From positions 618,371 through 682,370 of the forward strand of contig NW_002060959.1 in the NCBI RefSeq assembly GCF_000150275.1: a stretch of DNA of 64,000 bases. The letters are read 5' to 3'. The notes under the pieces were generated by a model, which was given only the letters and a program-made list of their open reading frames with translations, did not search any database and was not told where the DNA came from. This document shows positions 13,501-27,530 of this stretch, one piece after another. How positions within the stretch are numbered: the stretch's first letter is position 1; every line of letters starts with the position of its first letter. The position numbers and the translations under genes were made by a program. Source of the DNA: Trichoplax adhaerens. Its lineage: Eukaryota; Animalia; Placozoa.

Positions 13501-16169
13501 CGTCGTGAATTATTAATTACTCTTTTAAAAAGTACTGCAATAAATATTTATTCTAATCTTTATTCCAAAATCCTAAATGTGATCCATTCCACAGCAAAGT
13601 TGCAAGGGCTTATTAATGAAAATCCTAATTAAAATTTAGAATACAAAAAAATTACTTTCGATGAATGTTTTATCTTAATTTTTTCGTGGCAATAGAACAG
13701 GATAAAAACGTATATGAATTTTACTTTGAATGACAACAGAAAATAATAACACTTCATGACAATAAAGGATAGAAAATGCATAATGACAAATTTTAAATCT
13801 TCTTCAGCTGTATTCTGAATATATATTCATTATACGGTATGATTTACGATCTAGCAAAACAGATTGCTAAACATTTCACGTTCATTGAATAGGGTCAATT
13901 AATGAATGTAAGAATCATCACCCACACTCGCATCGATAATATTTTAAAAATATAATTTTAAACATTTTATATCATTGAAAGCCTATCAAACTCCCTACTC
14001 TGCTAATTATAATTAGTTATAAAGGACGAAAAATTAAGATTACAGCATTAGTCAGCAAGTATTTGATAAAGAGCAAAGTCGTATAATTGTTACTTTGTAA
14101 GCATCATTTCGCAAGAAGACCAAGGTTGTACCATGATCTCCTTTTGAGGGTATTGAACTGAAAAATATCTTTTGATGTTGCAAACGCAGAAAAAAAAAAC
14201 TAATTATTACCAGCTCTAATTTAAAATTAAAAATTAAAAGGGTAAGCAGAAATTTAATCCTTATCCTAAAATCGACCTGTACAAATATTACGATCAATAT
14301 CCATAATACTGTCATAATGAATAATCAAAAAAGTTCTGGCAATAAGGCAAAAGGCTTTCAAAGTTATTACATATCGATTCAACATTAATGTAAATATGTT
14401 TAATTATTATACTTTCGCATTACTTATGTAATGAATCTCCTAAGGATTACCAAATATGTTAATAACATTAATGATGGCTTTCAGCTATCTAGAAATTCTT
14501 TCTTTTAATGCCTTTAATTAGTAGATTACGATAGATGTGATATTTGATTATACAGTACCGTAGGCCAATATTAACAAATTCCAGCGGATTCTGAAATTTT
14601 AAGATTGCATTCTGCTACTGTACATGATTCAAATAATGTAATTTTGATTTGCAATCTCGGAACTTTGAATTTGCTGACGAATTTAAATTTTATACCTAAA
14701 ATTAGACATGAATCTAGGCTAAACGCATAAATTATGGCATGTTAAGTAGCTAAAAAGATAACGTGATGAAATAATAGAAACGCTTTACAAGCAATTTTAC
14801 AGATTTGATTAGAATTGGAATCAGTATTAGGATGTTTCACGGTTAACATAAAAATTATCGGTAATATCCATCTCGGATGATAAACTAATATTGGTATCTA
14901 GACAAAAACAGGTACAAATACAGAAGATATGAATCAAAAAAAAATTAAGCGTAATTGTTATAATTCATTCCTAGCTCCCATTCCTTCCCGATTGTACTTG
15001 ATCATAACAATAGTACGTATAGATACGTAAGATATGGATCAAATTAATTATTTACAACAGCGTTGTATTAAGACTGCTAGAGGGAATTGTGGTTAAATGC
15101 TTCCGTCAAATTGTGGCTCTATCCAATAATTTATTGTTTGTAACGCAATGAAAACGAGGGTTTTGTATTTTCAAAACATTATTTAAATGATGACCATTAG
15201 AAGAATTGTTAGGGTTAAAAGTAAAGTAATAAACTTCTTAACAGTGATGAAAATTTAATATTATGTTGAAAAGAAAGGAGGAATAAATATAAATTGAAAT
15301 CAAATTGATATTTATTTCACTTCTAAGCATTTGAACCAAGTTGTGTGTGCAACTTCTAATTCTTGAATATTGAATAATGCCATCCAAAAGTTTGCGATCT
15401 GCAACTCGTGGTAACTTTGTATATTTGAACTTTATTTAATATCCTGAAAAGTAACATTATATTTCATTTTCACTATCGATTAGTAGTAAAAGTGTATCTT
15501 ATGAATATAACTTTCTTGCAGTGGTCTAAGCGACTACCTAGCTCTAATTTAATCAGTAGATGGGAATTACTAAATTATATATGTATTTGTAGATTACACT
15601 TGCTTGCAAAATTTAACACAGAACTTTACATATTATCACTCTTACAAAGAATGGTAAAATTATAGAAGATTTCTCTCATAGTACCATTGTACTCCATTGT
15701 CACACACCACTAGTGACAAAGTAGTCTACACACGCCAATCTTTGCGGAGAACGCCACTTACTAACTTAAAGAGGCGAGATTAGCTATATCACCAAATAAT
15801 TCAGTTCCAACGACCGAATACTATGTTATAATTATAGCGTCACAGATGATGTAGACGAGATAGTCAGAGATTTACTATCATTTATTACTGAAGGAATCTT
15901 GGCACCCAAGATTGTAGTCTTTACAATTAAATATCAATTGAAAAACTAGTTGACTATCTAACCGACTAACGAACTAAAAAGGAATCTTCAGGCACCAGCC
16001 TTTTATAGTCTCGTCAGAAACTCCTCAGCCAAATGCAATTGTAAATTCTAACTCTAAAATTCAGCTAGATTCGTATACAGTAAAGAAACCCCTTGAAAGA
16101 AATATAATAAAACTGAGAAAAATTTTATCTCGCCAGATTGTCGTTATTCATACATTTCTTCAGTAGAAC

Positions 16170-16803
16170 TGCGATAGTGTTATATACTGTATTAGAGTAG
16201 AAATATTTATTTTAGGATAATTCTGTTAGACTATCCTTATTTAGTTAACTTCTAATTTGGATATACTGTGTTTTAATATAGCACTGACTTTTTATGACAG
16301 TGACACATATACACATACTGAAATTAATAGTTATAATAGGGAATGCAAATCATCTACTTACAGTTCGAATCATTGTGATTGCAACTTACTTATGGTAGAT
16401 TGAAAATTATCCTGGAAATGTTCCGTGATCGGACATATCGTGGTCTGACTATTCTGTATTAGTCATTACATGTCTATGTTCGTAAATACTGTTGTCTGCA
16501 TTAAGGGAGCAGTAGCTAAAATTGATATCTAATTCAGTGAATGATTCCAAAGTTAACCGTACTAACTATGACTCATGAACTATTGAGGAAGAGTATATAA
16601 ATGCAGTATATCGTGTAATAAAGTTAATTCTTAAACTTAGTGTTTAACGTAAAATACGAGGCGTCTAAGCCTTTGTATAGTCTGCTAGTAGAGCAAAAGT
16701 GTTTCTGATAGTGCAGATATCGTTCCTTGATAAGTGGTTCAAGGAATTGACTTATTGATCGTACATTACGTACGTTATCTTGTTGCAAAGCTGTTTATTG
16801 ACA
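16170..16803 (+). mobile_element. Solo LTR family B
   Basis: TGCGA...TGACA, perfect TSD AGAAC, TATATAAA and AATAAA; highly similar to 28567-29197. Confidence 0.85.
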
Positions 16804-17431
16804 AGAACATATTTGAAACTGTAACAACGCGAGCTCCAATTTTAGAAATAACTTCTTGTTTTTAGACTTTAAAGATTGATATTATGCATTAAATCAAAAT
16901 ATTATGCTATTTTACTTCTACGCGGCGCGCTGTATATAGGATCGCTACGTACGGTAATTTTTACTTTAGCAATTCTGTATCAGCACTGATATGGTACAAA
17001 TTTTCCTGGAAACTTAATGATTTATTGTAGCATCGAAATTGTTAACCAATGGTTTGAAGCATGCGCTTCACAAGCTATAATTCACTATTCGTACGATACG
17101 CTAGTTATTTTGATGTTTATATATATTACTAGACTTATTGCAATGCTAGGAGATCACCATTAAAGCCATGTTGGCTTGTAACTTGAATTTTATTTTACTT
17201 AAAGATTAGATATGCGTACGGTGAAAGACAGTAATTTTTACAAATTTAACAGGTAAAAATTTAATGACAAACGATATATTCTGCTGACAAAAATCGGTCA
17301 AACTATCAGTTTTAAAGCTGGCTGATTCTTATCTCAGCTTTAAGGTGTATACCTGGTGCAGTTATGTTATGGAGGAGATACGAGTGCCCTGAGAAAACAC
17401 TTATCAGTGCATATTTAAATTACTGTGGTTC

Positions 17432-17437
17432 TATAAA
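17432..17437 (+). promoter_or_regulatory. Candidate TATA box of paralog 2
   Basis: TATAAA 94 nt upstream of the inferred ATG, nearly the same spacing as in paralog 4. AT-rich background lowers specificity. Confidence 0.4.
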
Positions 17438-17525
17438 GCCAATTTTTTTTATTTAGTGGAGGTACTTTAAAATTTATTCAAAACAGATAATATTGCACAT
17501 TAATGAATGAAAGATACTTGCTTGA

Positions 17526-20500
17526 ATGATGAAAATAATTGAGTCAGGTATGACTAATCTTTCTAAAAGATAAATTAGCATCGCTTAGGCACAGTAAAAT
17601 TGCCAATGAGAAATTTATCGCTTCCTTAATGAACAATCATAAAACTATAGTGATGGTTATAATATCAATATTGAAATTATGTTGTTTTCTGTTCATACTT
17701 AGCCTAGTAGATCGTCTTACAGCAAAGCTACTGTAATAAAAGATGTCTTAAATTGCAATAATATTTTCATGTATAAGTAATCAGAAATTTCCAAGTTCGC
17801 TTTCAAGCTTAGATTATTTAATTGTTTTCATTAACATTTAAAATATTGCATAATTACAATCAAGTATTAATTCGATGCACTTATATCGCTATCAAACAAA
17901 TCGGTATCATCAAACTGAAGCATATTAGTAAACATATTAATGATTAGCCTTAAAATATTGCCAATTAATACCATAAATCTAGTCACCATGGCTATCAAAG
18001 ATAGCTTTTAAGATGAATATAATGGCCTTTTCAATATCACTATAGGCAATCATCGAATAACAACACCTCGAATTAATCTTTAATTTTTCAGATATATTCT
18101 TATTAACGATCATTGGATACTCGTGTTTATGGACTGAGGCTCATGATCATGCTTTTGATCATTTGCCGGATCAATTTTGCAACGCAAACGTGTTCGAAAA
18201 TCGGTTATCTGAATGCATCCGCGATAAAGTCACCAAATTGCAAAAACGCTTAGGCCAAATTGAATGCGACTATGGTTACGTAGAGCGTGTGACGTTCGGA
18301 ATTTCTGCCTTGCCAAGGGAGATGGTAAATGTACCAAGCTATTTGTAGCGATAACTTTTTACGATTGCGATAAAGCAGCCAAGACTTAAATTTAGTTTTT
18401 GCCTAGCTATATGTAGTAAATATAAATCGTACAAGAAACCCATGAATTATGATTAGTTATAAAAAGTGACAGTCTATAATAATAAGCCTACGTACTCGGG
18501 TCATAATTAATTCCAACAAAGCCTGGGGAATTAAAGTTTAAGATTATTCATCTACAATAAGATCCATCATTAGTAGCATAAATAGATTTATATTACTGTG
18601 ACAGCAAATTATGTAAATGATTAAAGATAGATATTATAGTTGCTTGGTAACCAGTAATGAAAGCAAGCAAACGAAATTAAATAATCAAATGGAATTATAT
18701 TCAGATTAAAAATATTACAGTTAGACAAAGGTACGAAATAAAAATAGAGCTCATTAACAAGTTGTGATATATACCAATCACGAAATTCTAAATTTTAGAA
18801 AAATAAGGGCTTTTATTGAATCTTATACAAAGATTAACTACACAGCTCTACTCTAGCCGAATACTACTTCTAAAGACATCTAGAACGAACTAACAGAATA
18901 ATCTAAAGTTGCATGCTTTTATACTTTCCGTAGCATTCGCAGCTATAATCCGCATGGCAATCTTTTACCTTATTTTACACATTGTTAAATTATTCTTAGT
19001 AAGACTATTCTACTGCGGACCATCATTAATCCAATATGGATAAGACTACAGTACTTACGTAGACATTATTCACACCAGCCAAAGTACAATGAATTAACCG
19101 TATCCTAATATATGATTTACAGTTCTATTTTTACCTATAGCCATATTAGTAACTCAACAGCTTACTGTATATAGTCATGTGTACTCTAGCATAGAGTCTC
19201 TACCACTACAGTCTATAGTTACAGCTACCAAATATCTCTTAGGATAAATATCTACCGTACATTATACTACACATGGCTAACAGTCTACAATCACAATTCT
19301 AAGTTACATTACACAAGCTTATGATCAAAATATTCTTATAATACAGTTAATACTCTGCCACTTAGTTAGCGTTACGAAATGCATTCCGAATATTAAATAA
19401 TTGCAGGCTTTGTTATATAGCAAATGCGGAAATAAATAATGAATACTTTAGAGATTCTGTCTTGCGTAATTGTGCGCATTTTAAACGAAATGAATTAAAA
19501 TTATTTAAAAACCCTAAGTATAGATATTTTAATCCGTATTTATTATTAGTGAAGGAGTCTGCTTTATCAAATTAAAATAAAATTATATAATGCTTTACGA
19601 AGTAAAAGTAAATTACATATAAATAAGTGTATAATTTAGTCCAGTTGTTTCTATGCTCAAAAAAAGCTTTGAAATTACTTTTATTAAGCTTATTATATTT
19701 TAATAACATTGACTATCGGCTAAACTACAACTAGGTAGCCCCCCAAATTTATTGGAACGTTGGCCTGTATGAAGAATTCTTGCGTAACATCACCTATAAT
19801 GTTGCTGCAACACTTTCAAAAAATGGTATACTAGATAAATTGGTAAAGAAATCAGAATCATTTAGTCGATCAAGGAATTGCAAGCTTAATGGCACAGAAC
19901 TAAAGAGCGCTTTCTATGATTTTTACATAGGTTTAATCAAATTTGTAAGTTATTTTATTGGAATACGTAAGCTTATTTTAATATGTGTGCCTAATCAATT
20001 CATTGTAAAATGTATAGTGAGTATAAATTGATGAACACCAGTGTCGTGTATTGAATACTGCATATTTTAGTAAACTCTACTATATGTTCTGAACTTTTCT
20101 TTGATTAGCTTTCGGCTGTGTAATAAATTTCTTCTTTGTACTGGGATATAGTTGTATCCTTACCGATGTCACGAATATATTGCAAGGCGCCTATTACACC
20201 AATTTCAGGTATTTAGTGTGATAGATAATAATCAAAGTCCAATCTGTTTAACCGCAAAATTAGTGGCAAACTCATGGTATAACCGATAAAATTGTTAAAC
20301 ATTAATCATATCGGAAGTTGAAATTAAAATAATTTGCATTTGCTATGACTTGCTAGTTAGCTAATATACTATAAATTGCTGTAATAGTAATCATATGATA
20401 ACTATTTTTTAGCATCACCAAACTGGAAATTATTGCTATAAATTGCAATATCAGAATTCAAACGGTAATGTGATTAATAATGCCGACAACAGATGCCCTG

Positions 20501-20595
20501 ATTTAAAGAATACCTTGCTTTTAACAACAAACTATGCGAATTACTTGTTCAATGAATTGGAGGAGTTAAAAAAATATAAAATTGGAAAAATGTAG
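17526..20595 (+). CDS. Paralog 2: intact 5-exon secreted protein, 234 aa, putative four-helix-bundle cytokine-like. Exons 17526-17547, 18092-18324, 19735-19944, 20152-20208, 20413-20595
   Basis: All introns GT-AG with phases 1,0,0,0. The 705-nt spliced frame is open: MMKIIESDIFLLTIIGYSCLWTEAHDHAFDHLPDQFCNANVFENRLSECIRDKVTKLQKRLGQIECDYGYVERVTFGISALPREM/VAPQIYWNVGLYEEFLRNITYNVAATLSKNGILDKLVKKSESFSRSRNCKLNGTELKSAFYDFYIGLIKF/LYPYRCHEYIARRLLHQFQ/HHQTGNYCYKLQYQNSNGNVINNADNRCPDLKNTLLLTTNYANYLFNELEELKKYKIGKM*. Hydrophobic N-terminus; exon-by-exon similarity to the other paralogs. Exon 1 is the least certain. Confidence 0.85.
18763..19313 (-). mobile_element. Solo LTR family A in intron 2 of paralog 2 (antisense)
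   Basis: Reverse complement of 2706-3255; flanks CAAGT/CAAGC. Confidence 0.85.
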
Positions 20596-21840
20596 TACTC
20601 TTATGCCTGCAAATATTAAATTGGTGAACCATCATGATACTTGCAGGTGATAACTGTTTCGAATAGGCATACTATAGTAGACCATAAATTGTCTACTGAT
20701 TTTAAATAATAAGAAATTAAGCATCATTGGTCTTAAATAACTTGATTTATTCTTAGCTTTCGTCATTAGCACCAGCTTATACTTCTTTGTAAACTGCAGC
20801 TTCCGGGTTATCATAATACTTGTAATGAGTTTGCTGCATTCAGTTTTAATTATTGTTCAAACTTATATTAATTTATTCACATTCGCTGCTATAATAAGGC
20901 GAAGCAATAGATTTGATCTTTTTATATAATAATTGATTTTACCTAGAAATGTGCATCAAATCATTCATAATTCTTAGAAATTTGTTAACATAGGTGTAAA
21001 GGCTAGATACTTAGAGCTGAATTTCTTCGGCAGTCGAAAATTTTGATCGTTTCTACTTATCACTATTAATGCCTGTGATTATTCTCGACTTCATCTAAAA
21101 TCTTGCGTATTTTAATATATGCTAGTAGTACTATTCAGTTATGCAAAAATAAACGTACAGTTGCTGGCATATTAAGCGTTTCATATAAGTATGAAATCCA
21201 AACTAACATCAAATTTTAGATAAAATCTTATGATTTTTAAGTCTAAAATTTCAAAATACTGGAACCAATACAACTATTAGGAGATACGAATACTTCTAGT
21301 AACCTTTAGTAGGACTGATCGACCATGAACAGATTTAATTACAATGATTAAGGGCTACTAGCCAAACCCGTTGGGTATCGCGGAAGTGGCATTAAGAATA
21401 AGCAGTCAATTAGTTCACATTGTCAGTTAGTGTACAGTAAACATTAGTTACAACACCCTTTTTATTGGATAAATAGGTAAGTCCTGTAATATTAGCTTCC
21501 TATAGGAATCTGGTCATAGATTCGAATGAATCCATTATTTCTTGAAACAGGATACAATAGAATAATACAGAATGATTCTAATTACTAAATATCAAATATA
21601 TTTTAATCAGTATAATTTAATATTATGACCACAAGAACAGTATCAGTACATAACTCGTATGATCCATTAGTAGCTTCTAAGTTGTGAACTTGCTTTCGGC
21701 AATTCTATGAATTAAGCGGTTATCATTATCAGTTTTAGACAAAGCCTAGTATTCTATTAGGGTTGAAAACGTTGAATTATTATAATACGAACAATTATAT
21801 GAAATGGGACCTAGCACTGCGGTAAACTTGAGTAAATAAT

Positions 21841-22362
21841 TGTCACAAAACGGCTTTATGATAAGATTATGCAAAAATAAATCTCTAAATTTCTTAAGTC
21901 TCCGGCATTTAGTATCCCTTGACAACTTGAAAGAACTTAGACGACGTTGCTCCTAGGTTATAAAGCTAGATAAAACTAGAAGACTGACTTAATTCTATTA
22001 TCTATCGAGCTTATATACCCTTTGGCAGCAACTAACATTAGTCGATCATCTTACAATCATGATTATGGGTATAGACATCTACAGATAAATTTTACATAAT
22101 CGGAATACAATATATCCATTCACAAAATTATCTCAATTCACCTAGAGTCCGCCATTAGTCAGAATTATATTCAAAAGATCTTGTGCTACAATTTATTGCT
22201 ATAGTGTATAAAAATTATTGAACAGCACGACATAAAATTTACTCTAATGTATTATGTCTACTGTGATTTCTGCTGTAAGTAATTGATTGTATCCATCATA
22301 TATAAGTTATTAAATTTGTTAAATTTAGTCATTTAATTCTTTACAGTAATCTTACCGTGAAA
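21841..22362 (-). mobile_element. Solo LTR family C (diverged)
   Basis: TGTCACAAAAC...CCGTGAAA with TSD ATAAT; similar to the 23073 and 40607 copies. Confidence 0.75.
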
Positions 22363-23072
22363 ATAATATAGGGTAACCAAGAGATCTTTCCATTTACTTT
22401 ATTGATAACTACAATGTCAAAGATGGATAATTGATTAATTGAGATCGATCTTGAGCAATACAATAATTAATTAATCACTGGCGCATTTTTGAACGTCGTA
22501 TATCGACCAAAGAATTATTTCGATTAATAATTATAATAAAAGTAAAGGCTAATTTAAAGTAACTTTCGAATGATGGTGTTAAGTATTGCTTGTATGAACA
22601 GTCACATTGTGAGTTTGCGATTATGTCCTTGAATGAGCCAGTTTAAAAGTTTACGCTAATCTGTTAATATAGTACACATATTAATTCGAGACTATAAAGC
22701 TCGATTTAAAACTTTGCTAAGGTATACCGGATAATAGTACTTTAACTCTTATATGGGAGACTGCTAACGTAATCTTATATTTAATTATTAGTTACGGTCT
22801 TAACTGGAGAATGCCAGTTTCGTACTAGAACCAGTACAAGTACGCCATTCCATCCTATTAGCTAGATACTGTACTACTATAATCATCAGAGATCATCACT
22901 TTGAACTTCAACGTATACGCGTATAGAACAAGCATTTAATCAGTGGGAAAGATGCATAAGTTTACTAATATCAGATATCGATATATTGCCTTTGAAGACT
23001 GATAATAATGTAAGCACATAATAAGACAGCAAACGGTAAAGCTTTAATATTTCAACCTACACCATAATAGCC

Positions 23073-23986
23073 TGTCACAAACCAACTTCGTGACAAGGAT
23101 AACGTAAAACAAATCTCTAAATCTCTATAGTCTCCGGGATTCAGTATCCCTACTCACAAGAATTTAGACGCCTTTGATTCTACGTTAAAACAACTATACA
23201 ATTGAGAACTGCTTTATTCAACTATCTGACGGGTTTATATACCCTTCTACAGCAGCTAACATTCACAAGTCATCTTATAAAAATACTTGGGTGAGAACAT
23301 CTACTAACTAGTTTTTCACAGTCGGACTACAATATGTCCATTCACAGAATCATTTCAGCACACATTACAGCACAGCAATAAATTTACAGTAACACATTTA
23401 TAATTAGATGTCACAACCGAGATTGTAACACAAGAATTAAACGGGATTCTTTCCTCTAAAGTAGACTTAACTATCTAAGCAACTAACTCTAAGCACTCTT
23501 TAATCAACCAAACTTAGATTCGAGTCTTAGACGATAGATTACTCACGTTAAGGACCAAAACTTTATTCTAGAAGCTATTTTATTAAAATGTCCGATTGAA
23601 CGCACAACTTACAATTACGACTAGCAACTGATAACCATCTGTCATCGACTAACGTAACTAACTCTCAATTAAGAACTTTGAGACTTTATATATCCTCACC
23701 AACTTCGTTGGTGCAAAAACAGTAATTAATTAATAACCCAGTCTACATACTTATTATAGCTAGAATCACAACACACTTTCTATGACATTTAATATTAGTT
23801 AATTAGTAGCTAGGTGTCAACATATGATTCATCACACAACAAAATTATAATATTGATGATGCATTAATTAATGAATGTCACATTAGAGTAATTCCTATTG
23901 TAAGTAACTAGTTGTAATATAATATCACTATATTATATTAACCAAATTTAGATATCTATTTCTTCACGGTAGTTCGCACCGTGACA
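23073..23986 (-). mobile_element. Solo LTR family C carrying a nested family E insertion
   Basis: TGTCAC...GTGACA with TSD TAGCC; matches 40607-41048 once 23409-23887 is removed. Confidence 0.88.
23409..23882 (-). mobile_element. Solo LTR family E (young), nested
   Basis: 474 bp, TSD TTAGA, near-identical reverse complement of 31038-31511. Confidence 0.9.
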
Positions 23987-24003
23987 TAGCCACATTAACC
24001 ATA

Positions 24004-24492
24004 TGTAGTGCAGCCCCAAATATAGCCTAGATTACTATTATAAGACGGTACGAGAGTAACTTAACTTGTAAGCTAGAGTGTAAGATTGTGTAAGAGTCTA
24101 TTTGTAGAAGATGTTTCAGTACGTATTGTATCGAATCTATTAAGATGTTTATATAAAGATCTGAGATATAAATAGATTTGCGCTAAGTATGTTAGTACTG
24201 TAAGTATTGTATTGTAATGCTTTAAATAGACGCGCGAATTATGAATAGATTGCGCGATGGTAAATTTAGATCTGATCTTGCGACTTAATGGGAAAGATAA
24301 AATTAGTTACAGTAAAGGCATTCTGTAACTAATCGTATATAAATCGTGAATTTTGCTATAATAAGTAGATTGTCAGATTGTCAGATAGTCCGTTAGTCCT
24401 TGCTAGTTAGACGAACCTAACTTCTGTAATAAAGTGAAATTTGCAAGAAACTGTAGTTCTTGATTTATTGTTTTGAAGATCACATTATCACA
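24004..24492 (+). mobile_element. Solo LTR-like element (single copy here)
   Basis: TGTAG...TCACA, flanks CCATA/CCATT, TATATAAA and AATAAA in LTR-like positions. Confidence 0.7.
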
Positions 24493-25340
24493 CCATTCTA
24501 TATACTCTATTAAGCTACTGTAGTCCTACTTAAACAAATAAATTAAATCTAACATACCCATGATTACTCCGGCTGTATAAAATTTGAGCTGTAACATAGT
24601 TGATCTATATCTATTGTCGAAAAATTTTTATATTTAGCTACTCCTTTTATAAAGTATATCGGAAATGAAGTGGAAATTGCATAAACGTTAATATCTTATA
24701 AATCATCTGAACTATAGTAAAATACAGACTTAACAATTGATAGCTTCAAAGCAAAAGAAATATTCTCACTTATAGCACATCATAGCAGTAAATTTTCACC
24801 TCGCAGTCATGTTAAAATATTAATTTGCTACTTAGCGATTATTATATCTCATGTAAACAACCATTTCATAGTTTCTTTTATTTTAACATTGTCTGCCTAC
24901 AGCTTTATTTGGGTTCAAATTGTTGTAAAGCCATAGGGTAAAACCAATTATACATAAGACAAAGGAAATCTATCAGGGATGAGTAAATAAACAATGAAAT
25001 ATGAACTACACCATAAAATTATTGAAAGCCAAATAACATGCAGTTTGAAATTCGAAACGTAGAAATTTAAAAATTGCACTAATTAGAATAACTATAATAT
25101 AATTTAAAGCTTACACTATTTGTATTAACGTATAGCTCAATTTGTTTACGAATTATATTTTAAAACACTAAATGAGATGCTATTAAACTAAGCTGTATGG
25201 AATTGGAGCTACACAATAAGGTTCCAGTACAATATGTGAATGAAAATTTGGGAAATATTGATGAAGGCTATGGTTGGTCTTTATCATTTAAGTTTTTTGT
25301 TGCAATTATGCACATATGCAGTAGACTCGTATTGATAATT

Positions 25341-26642
25341 ATCCCACCCACCCTCCCTTGAAATGAGCAGCGCGGGGGTATTTATACTACTGTTAAATGA
25401 CTCTGATTATGGGTTCATTTCAATAGGTCAGTATAAGATTCTTACAGTACTTTTAACCTCAAGATTTCTTCATGTAAAACGAATAGCTCTAAGGTAGTAA
25501 TTTCTGCAGAGTACTGATTATTAAAATAGTATTCGTTATATCGCTAAGGGTGGCCACTGGGCCTTTAAATTTTGATTTCATGTAATATTCTGATGAAAAT
25601 TGAATAAACATAGAATCTTTATTGAGTTTTCTATACAGCCATTTTGATTGTTACATTTTCTTATAACGGTTGTTATCGACAGAGCAAGCTTTGCTTGCAT
25701 ACGACAGCGATCCTTAGACACATTATAATGATTGGTATAGAATTGACCACAGTACGAAGGACATTCTACCGCACTGTAGATATCTTACAGTACCTGCTAA
25801 TCTTAACTTGGTATGTCCATCACCGTACATTAGTTATCATAATGTGCTCTGGACCATTAACTAATCTTAATATAGCATAGTATATTACTGTTACTAGGAT
25901 ATATATAATATCCAATGATAATACTATCTGTTAATTTTATTAACAAATTGACCATAAACGTATATTTGAAAGTTTCGCTCACCAACCTTAACATAGCATT
26001 AATACCGTATATAGTAACCATCCTTATTCAGTAAACATACTAATACGAAAGTTACTTAACGAAATTTGAATTGGTATAGAAATGAATGATCTGTAGGGTT
26101 TATGTAAATATTATTGAGAAGGTAGAAGTGATTGATACACATCAGTAGGTACTATTAGTTCTATTGCTCTCTTACAATTCGTAGTGTTATCCTACTGTAG
26201 TTCCCCTGTCCCGATTACTAATATGAAAGTTACTTAACGAAATTTGAATTGGTATAGAAATGAATGATCTCTAGGATTTATGTAAATATTATTGAGAAGG
26301 TAGAAGTGATTGATACACATCAGTAGGTACTATTAGTTCTATTGCTCTCTTGCAATTCGTAGTGTTATCCTAATGTAGTTCCCCTGTCCCTATTACTTTT
26401 GATTTCTATACTGTATATAGTAACCATCCTTATTCGGTAAACATACTAATACGAAAGTTACTTAACGAAATTTGAAAAGTGATTGATACACATCAGTAGG
26501 TACTCTTAGTTCTATTGCTCTCTTGCAATTCGTAGTGTTACCCTACTATAGTTCCCCTGTCCCGGTTATTTTTGATTGCTATATATCATATTACAAAAAG
26601 TATTTCTAAGAGGATAATGTTCGTTAGTCAGCGATCTGATAG
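25341..26642 (-). repeat. Non-coding repeat D, copy 1, with an internal tandem triplication
   Basis: Reverse complement of 41745-42702; 178-bp units at 26041-26218 and 26219-26396 plus a deleted third unit to ~26570. Confidence 0.85.
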
Positions 26643-26965
26643 TTACTGAACCTATGTTAAATGAGCACATTATCGTAAACCGTCAGTAAAGCGATGGGAG
26701 TTTGCACTAGTAATTATAAAAATTTAGCTTAAAGGATTGTAAATATGCAGTACGACTAAATGATACTATTATTTATTACGATGAGCGCATACGGAAGCTT
26801 AAAGTCTTTAATTAATTGTCTAGACATTGCAACTATTTTTAAATTGGATCAATTTATTATTTATCATTCCTTTTAGCCATAGCATGAAACTGCTGAGTAA
26901 GAATTTGGTAGTTTCATACTTACCTGCATACTGTGTTCACTAATATTATTGATTAAATAAGAATT

Positions 26966-27530
26966 TTTCACGGTTAGAACCACCGTGAAGACTAAATGAC
27001 TAAATTTATTGGTTAACATTTATATATGGAAACAACTAATAATAACTTGCGGTAAGAACTACGTTAGTTATTACTTTGTTACTGTAAATTATGCTGCACT
27101 GTAGTACAAGTTCTTACACGGCGAATAATATTAATTGATTATAGTTTTATGTCTTTTAACGCTTTTGATTAACATCCTCAAGATATTCAATTGTCAATGA
27201 TACTATAAATAATTCTGTGCATGGATATACTGTAATCTAATTATCTAGAATCCTTCAGTACATGTCTAAGATTATGAATAATTTCTATATTAATTTAGCT
27301 ATTCAATACGAACTAAATTTTATGAACTGGTATGACTCATGCATGATAGCAGCTGCCGAAGAGTATTTAAGCTCGGCAGGTAGCTGCAAAAAAAGAATTC
27401 TATTGCTGTTTAACGTTGAATCAAGGTATCTAAATTCTTGTGAGATAGTTTAGGGATACTGAATTCTGAAGACTGCAGTAATTTAGAGGTTCGTTTTACG
27501 TTATCTTTGTCACGAAGCTATTTTGTGACA
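26966..27530 (+). mobile_element. Solo LTR family C (long subfamily)
   Basis: TCACGGT..ACCGTGAAG start, TTTGTGACA end, flanks GAATT/GAAGT; similar to 39810 and 58199. Confidence 0.8.

Noticed and set aside
25644-25880. 78-aa ORF and its 61-aa twin at 42164-42349
   Set aside because: Both lie inside repeat D; the similarity is just the repeat, the copies differ in ORF extent, and there is no recognisable domain.
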